NCBI GenBank assembly: GCA_050699055.1
Contig: JBOHCT010000002.1
Span: 1-56,021, forward strand
Length of the DNA: 56,021 nucleotides
Direction: 5' to 3'
Source of the DNA: Streptosporangiaceae bacterium
Lineage (GTDB): Bacteria; Actinomycetota; Actinomycetes; Streptosporangiales; JBOHCT01
Positions within the stretch are counted from its first letter, which is position 1. Every line of letters begins with the position of its first letter. The position numbers and the translations under genes were made by a program. This document shows positions 52,441 to 56,021 of the stretch, one piece after another. The notes below the pieces were generated by a model. That model searched no databases. It was not told the DNA's origin and saw only the letters and a program-made list of their open reading frames with translations.

Positions 52441-53546
52441 CGGTGCGGACGGCAAGCGAGGGAACCGCGGTCGAGCGGCCACCCCAGACGACCGGCGTGG
52501 TCGACACCGACATCCATCCGGTGGTCCTGCCGAAGGCGATCACCTCACGGCTGAACGAGCCGTGGCGGTCGCGCTTCGAACGCTTCGGCCACCGCGTCGC
52601 CAGCCCGCCGATGATCTATCCGCGGACACGCAATGGCGGCATGCGCCTGGACTCGTGGCCGGAAGGGGGGGTACCGGGCAGCGACCTGGGACTCGTACGC
52701 GCGCAGCTGCTCGACGAGTTCGGGATCGTGCGCGGCATTCTCATCCCCTTGCAGAGCCACGGCTACGGCGCCGTGGATCCGGAGTTCTCCCTTGCCCTCT
52801 GTCACGCGCTGAACGAATGCGTCCGCGAGGAGTGGCTCGACCCCGAGCCGCGGCTCTCCACCAGCATCTGCGTACCCCACGAGTCGCCGGAGGCGGCCGC
52901 CGGCGAGATCGAGCACTACGCGGCCGACCCCCGGTTCGTCCAGGTCCTGCTCCCCACGGGCGGCGAGACCTCCCTCGGCCGGGCGAAGTACTGGCCGCTG
53001 TACGCCGCCGCCGCCGACGCCGGCCTGCCGATCGCCGTCCACACCGGCGGCATCGAGCGGCACCGCGGTGACGGCTGGCCTTCCTTCTACCTCGAGCAGC
53101 ACATCTGGTACAGCAACGTGATGGCCGGAGTGGTGATCAGCCTCATCTGCGAGGGCGTCTTCGAACGGTTCCCGACCCTGCGGGTCGTGCTCGTCGAGGG
53201 CGGAGTCTCCTGGGCCGGTCCGCTGATGTGGGCGATGGACGCCGGCTGGTCGAAGCTGCGCGAGGACGTACCACACCTGCGGCGTCCGCCCTCGGAGTAC
53301 CTTCGCGAGCACTTCTGGTTCACGACCCAGCCGATCGAGGAGCCGGAGAACCCGCGGCACCTGGCGGCGGCGATCGAGCATACCGGGATGACCGACAGAA
53401 TCCTTTTCGCCTCCGACTACCCGCATTGGGACTTCGACTCTCCGGCCACGGCACTCCGCGACCTGCCGCGACACCTGCGGAGACAGGTCATGGCCGGCAA
53501 CGCGCGCCGGCTCTACGGTCTCGCCGACGACGGGCGGGGGCGGTAG
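52437..53546 (+). CDS. Amidohydrolase-2 family protein (decarboxylase/hydrolase type)
   Basis: 'VVDTDIHP', 'IAVHTGG' and 'LFASDYPHWDFD'. Confidence 0.8.
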   Translation: MTVRTASEGTAVERPPQTTGVVDTDIHPVVLPKAITSRLNEPWRSRFERFGHRVASPPMIYPRTRNGGMRLDSWPEGGVPGSDLGLVRAQLLDEFGIVRGILIPLQSHGYGAVDPEFSLALCHALNECVREEWLDPEPRLSTSICVPHESPEAAAGEIEHYAADPRFVQVLLPTGGETSLGRAKYWPLYAAAADAGLPIAVHTGGIERHRGDGWPSFYLEQHIWYSNVMAGVVISLICEGVFERFPTLRVVLVEGGVSWAGPLMWAMDAGWSKLREDVPHLRRPPSEYLREHFWFTTQPIEEPENPRHLAAAIEHTGMTDRILFASDYPHWDFDSPATALRDLPRHLRRQVMAGNARRLYGLADDGRGR

Positions 53547-53548
53547 GC

Positions 53549-54685
53549 GTGATCGAGATCGGCCGGCATGCCATCGACACCGACGTGCATTGTGCACCCG
53601 CGTCCTTCGAGGCGCTTCTCCCCTACATGGACGAGTACTGGCGCGAGTACATCGTCGACACCAACCTGCAGCTCTCTCCTTCGCTCGCCGGGGCATACCC
53701 GGTGGGGGCCGCGACCACGGCCACGCCCGAGGCCCGGCGCGGCGGGACGTCCCCGCCCGACAACGTCGAGGCGCTGCGCCGACAGGTCCTCGACCGCTCG
53801 GACCCGCGGTACGTGATCCTCAACTGTCTCAGCTCCTTCGACGTCAGTCGGAACCCGTACTTCGAAGCGGCCCTCACGCGGGCCGTCAACGACTGGCTGC
53901 GGGCGGAATGGCTGAGCCGCGACGAGCGGCTGCGGGCCAGCATGGTGGTCCCGACCGTGGACCCCGAGGCCGCCGTCGCGGAGATCGACCGCCTCGGCGA
54001 GGACCACGGCTTCGTCCAGGTCCTTCTCCCCGTCAGAGGCACCGACGCCCGCTACGGGAACAGGCGCTACCACCCCGTCCTGGAGGCGGCGGCCCGACAC
54101 GACCTGGTGGTCGGTCTGCACGCGTGGGGGCGGGCGGGCAGCGCGCAGTCGGCGACCGGATTCACCCACACCTACCTGGAGGACTACCTGAGTAACTCGC
54201 AGAGCATGGTGCAGGCCCAGGTCGTGAGCCTGGTGACGGAGGGCGTGTTCGAGCGGATCCCGGCGCTTCGGGTGTGCCTGGCAGAGTGCGGGTTCTCGTG
54301 GCTCCCCGCCCTGCTGTGGCGGTGGGACAAGGACTGGAAGGCGCTCTGGCGGGAGGTCCCGTGGGTGCGGACCAAACCCTCGGAGTACGTGTACTGGCAT
54401 TTTCGGGCGACGACCGAGCCCGCCCACCTCCCGAGCGACGCAGGCCAAGCGGCCGAGGTGGTGGAGATGACCAGGGCCCGCGACTTCCTGATGTACGCGA
54501 GCGACTATCCACACGATCACGGCGACGGCGCCGAACCCCTGTTCGCGGCGATGGACACGGACGCGCTGGAAAGCGTGACGCGTCGCAACGCCGCGGAGTT
54601 CTACTCACTCGACGGGCCGCGGGGTCGCGCCAGAGCGCCCGCGTCGCGCGGCCGTGGAGGCGCCGGATTTCAGGCCCAGAGATAA
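53549..54685 (+). CDS. Amidohydrolase-2 family protein, second copy
   Basis: GTG start 3 nt after the previous stop. 'AIDTDVHC', 'VGLHAWG' and 'MYASDYPHDHGD'. Confidence 0.8.
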   Translation: MIEIGRHAIDTDVHCAPASFEALLPYMDEYWREYIVDTNLQLSPSLAGAYPVGAATTATPEARRGGTSPPDNVEALRRQVLDRSDPRYVILNCLSSFDVSRNPYFEAALTRAVNDWLRAEWLSRDERLRASMVVPTVDPEAAVAEIDRLGEDHGFVQVLLPVRGTDARYGNRRYHPVLEAAARHDLVVGLHAWGRAGSAQSATGFTHTYLEDYLSNSQSMVQAQVVSLVTEGVFERIPALRVCLAECGFSWLPALLWRWDKDWKALWREVPWVRTKPSEYVYWHFRATTEPAHLPSDAGQAAEVVEMTRARDFLMYASDYPHDHGDGAEPLFAAMDTDALESVTRRNAAEFYSLDGPRGRARAPASRGRGGAGFQAQR

Positions 54686-54704
54686 AGGCCATGAGGGAGG
54701 ACCC

Positions 54705-55799
54705 ATGGAGAGTCGAATGGCAGGGCGTTGGGGACGTCAGGGTTCCCCAGGGCTGACGCGACGCGCGTTTCTCGGCCGCGCGACCGGGGCGCTCGCCGCG
54801 TCCGGGACGGCCGCGTTGGTCGGTGGGTGCGGCGGGAGCACGCAGTCGACGGCTGGGAAGGGGTCCGGTGGCTCCGGCGGTTTGGAGCCGGTCACCTTTC
54901 TCTCCGTCATCCCGCTCAACCTCAGCTTTATCGACCTGATCCTCGGTAAGCTCAACGGCCACTTCAAGAAAGCGGGCATGGACGTGTCCGTCAAGGCGAC
55001 ACGTGGGTCTGCGTCGGCGCTGCAGGCGGTCCTGCAGGGCTCCGCTCTCGTCACCGCGGCGGGGTCCATCGAGACGGTCCAGCACATCGCGACGAAGGAC
55101 GCGCCGCTGATGGGGATCGGCATGCGGACCCACAAGTCTCCGCTCGGCTTCGTCTCCTGGAAGAAGCATCCGCTGACCGAACCCGAGGACTGGATAGGCA
55201 AGCGGATGGGGGTTCCCTCTGAAGGCGGTACGAGCGAGCTCACCTTCGACCTGTTCCTGGCCTCCGCCGGTGTCTCGCCCGACAAGGTGAACGTGCAGGT
55301 CACCGGCTTCTCGCCGGGTACCTTCCAGCTCGTCAAGAAGGGCCGGATCGATGGCTACGTGATCGGTACGAGCGTGAAGGTCATCTTCAAGCAGAAGATC
55401 CACGACGCGGTGGTGATCGACCCTTCCAAGTACATCCAGGAGGGTTTCGGCTACATCACCTCACGACGGTCGTTGCAGGAGAAACACGACCTGCTCGAGG
55501 GTTACATGAAGGCTACCCATGCCGGCATGGAGGACGTCCTCGACGATCGCGACAAGGACTACAAGAACGTCATCAAGCTGGCGCGCACCAAGTACGACTT
55601 CCCTGAGCTGAAGGAGGACAGCATCGCCAGGGGCGTGCTCGACGAGACGGTGACAGGCTGGCTCTACGCGGGTAAGGACAATCTGCTCAGGACCGTGCCC
55701 AAGAAATGGCAAAAGGTCTACGACGAGCTGGTCGGCGTGCACGAGGTACCAGGGGACAAGGACCCGAGTAAGTGGTTCACGAACGAGCTGGTGCGCTAG
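54705..55799 (+). CDS. ABC transporter substrate-binding protein (NMT1/THI5, NitT/TauT-like), Tat/lipoprotein signal
   Basis: Start ATG 54705 with a GAGGGAGGA Shine-Dalgarno. 'TRRAFLGRATGALAASGTAALVGGCGG'. Confidence 0.8.
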   Translation: MESRMAGRWGRQGSPGLTRRAFLGRATGALAASGTAALVGGCGGSTQSTAGKGSGGSGGLEPVTFLSVIPLNLSFIDLILGKLNGHFKKAGMDVSVKATRGSASALQAVLQGSALVTAAGSIETVQHIATKDAPLMGIGMRTHKSPLGFVSWKKHPLTEPEDWIGKRMGVPSEGGTSELTFDLFLASAGVSPDKVNVQVTGFSPGTFQLVKKGRIDGYVIGTSVKVIFKQKIHDAVVIDPSKYIQEGFGYITSRRSLQEKHDLLEGYMKATHAGMEDVLDDRDKDYKNVIKLARTKYDFPELKEDSIARGVLDETVTGWLYAGKDNLLRTVPKKWQKVYDELVGVHEVPGDKDPSKWFTNELVR

Positions 55800-55942
55800 C
55801 GCCAGCGCGGCCCGACCCAGACGCTGCGCGATCGTGCGGAGTGGATGAATGAGGGATATGAGAGAGATCTGGGCCACCACCGGCGCCCACGGCACCGACG
55901 CACGGCGATGCGCAAAGTCGTTCTCGGGTGTGTCATGACTGG

Positions 55943-56021
55943 TCAGGCGGGTTGCCCGAGGATCTCCAGTGCCCGGATTGGCTGGCGTGACACCCATCGC
56001 AGTGCCGGGGCGATCTTGGTG
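55943..56021 (-). CDS. Possible 3' end of a minus-strand gene running off the window
   Basis: My reverse translation gives '...TKIAPALRWVSRQPIRALEILGQPA*' with mostly GC-rich third positions. It is too short to assign. Confidence 0.2.
   Translation of the reverse strand, partial: TKIAPALRWVSRQPIRALEILGQPA

Noticed and set aside
55461-55997. 178-aa minus-strand ORF
   Set aside because: Most of it is antisense to the well-supported NMT1-type SBP gene. Only the last ~80 nt of the window may belong to a real minus-strand gene, and that is in a different frame.

Overview
High-GC (about 70%) actinobacterial-type chromosomal segment with about 60 genes. From about 47.9 kb down to 13.2 kb almost every gene is on the minus strand. 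Modules, left to right: (1) 1-7.8 kb: a LacI regulator, quinate/shikimate dehydrogenase, 3-dehydroshikimate dehydratase, a decayed Gfo/Idh/MocA gene, and a CUT1-type sugar ABC importer (two permeases plus a binding protein, no ATPase). A near-identical operator-like 22-mer lies in front of both the catabolic genes and the transporter. (2) 7.8-13.1 kb: small regulators (MarR, PadR), an F420-type nitroreductase, and a decayed accessory islet. The islet holds a DUF222/HNH pseudogene, VapBC and YefM/RelE toxin-antitoxin pairs, a tRNA 3'-end-like fragment and a disrupted alpha/beta hydrolase. (3) 13.2-21.4 kb: a tightly coupled minus-strand operon that encodes an almost complete C1-to-SAM route. 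Its genes are fhs, a cyclohydrolase, a MetV/MetF-type MTHFR, a short MetE-like methyltransferase, metK, a 500-aa atypical SAM methyltransferase, and a leading zinc-ribbon protein. (4) 21.6-27.5 kb, directly upstream on the same strand, is the most unusual part. It has three paralogs of an uncharacterised ~350-aa protein and two paralogs of a ~180-aa xGSC redox protein. One xGSC paralog reads CGSC. The other has an in-frame TGA at that Cys position (UGSC, a candidate selenocysteine with a SECIS-like hairpin). A NifU-like CxxC protein and a Zn-alcohol dehydrogenase complete the module. (5) 27.6-35.8 kb: an F420/LLM oxidoreductase, a Dpp/Opp-type peptide ABC system (its ATPase carries a 13-copy 9-bp in-frame repeat) and purU. 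(6) 36-47.9 kb: a homocysteine-methyltransferase/MTHFR fusion coupled to a PucR regulator, PaaX, 3-oxoacid CoA-transferase A/B, an amidohydrolase, a second ADH paralog, an intradiol (hydroxyquinol-type) dioxygenase, a second MetE-like protein and a LivJ-type binding protein. (7) 48-55.8 kb: LysR, an FAD oxidoreductase, a fused aconitase-X-like protein, a Rieske protein, two amidohydrolases and an NMT1-type binding protein. A conserved promoter/operator-like element (core TTGACGGTCGTC) recurs in several intergenic regions of modules 4-6, which suggests one regulon. No rRNA, intact tRNA, CRISPR array or intact transposase was seen. All functional calls come from reading the translations; no database searches were run.
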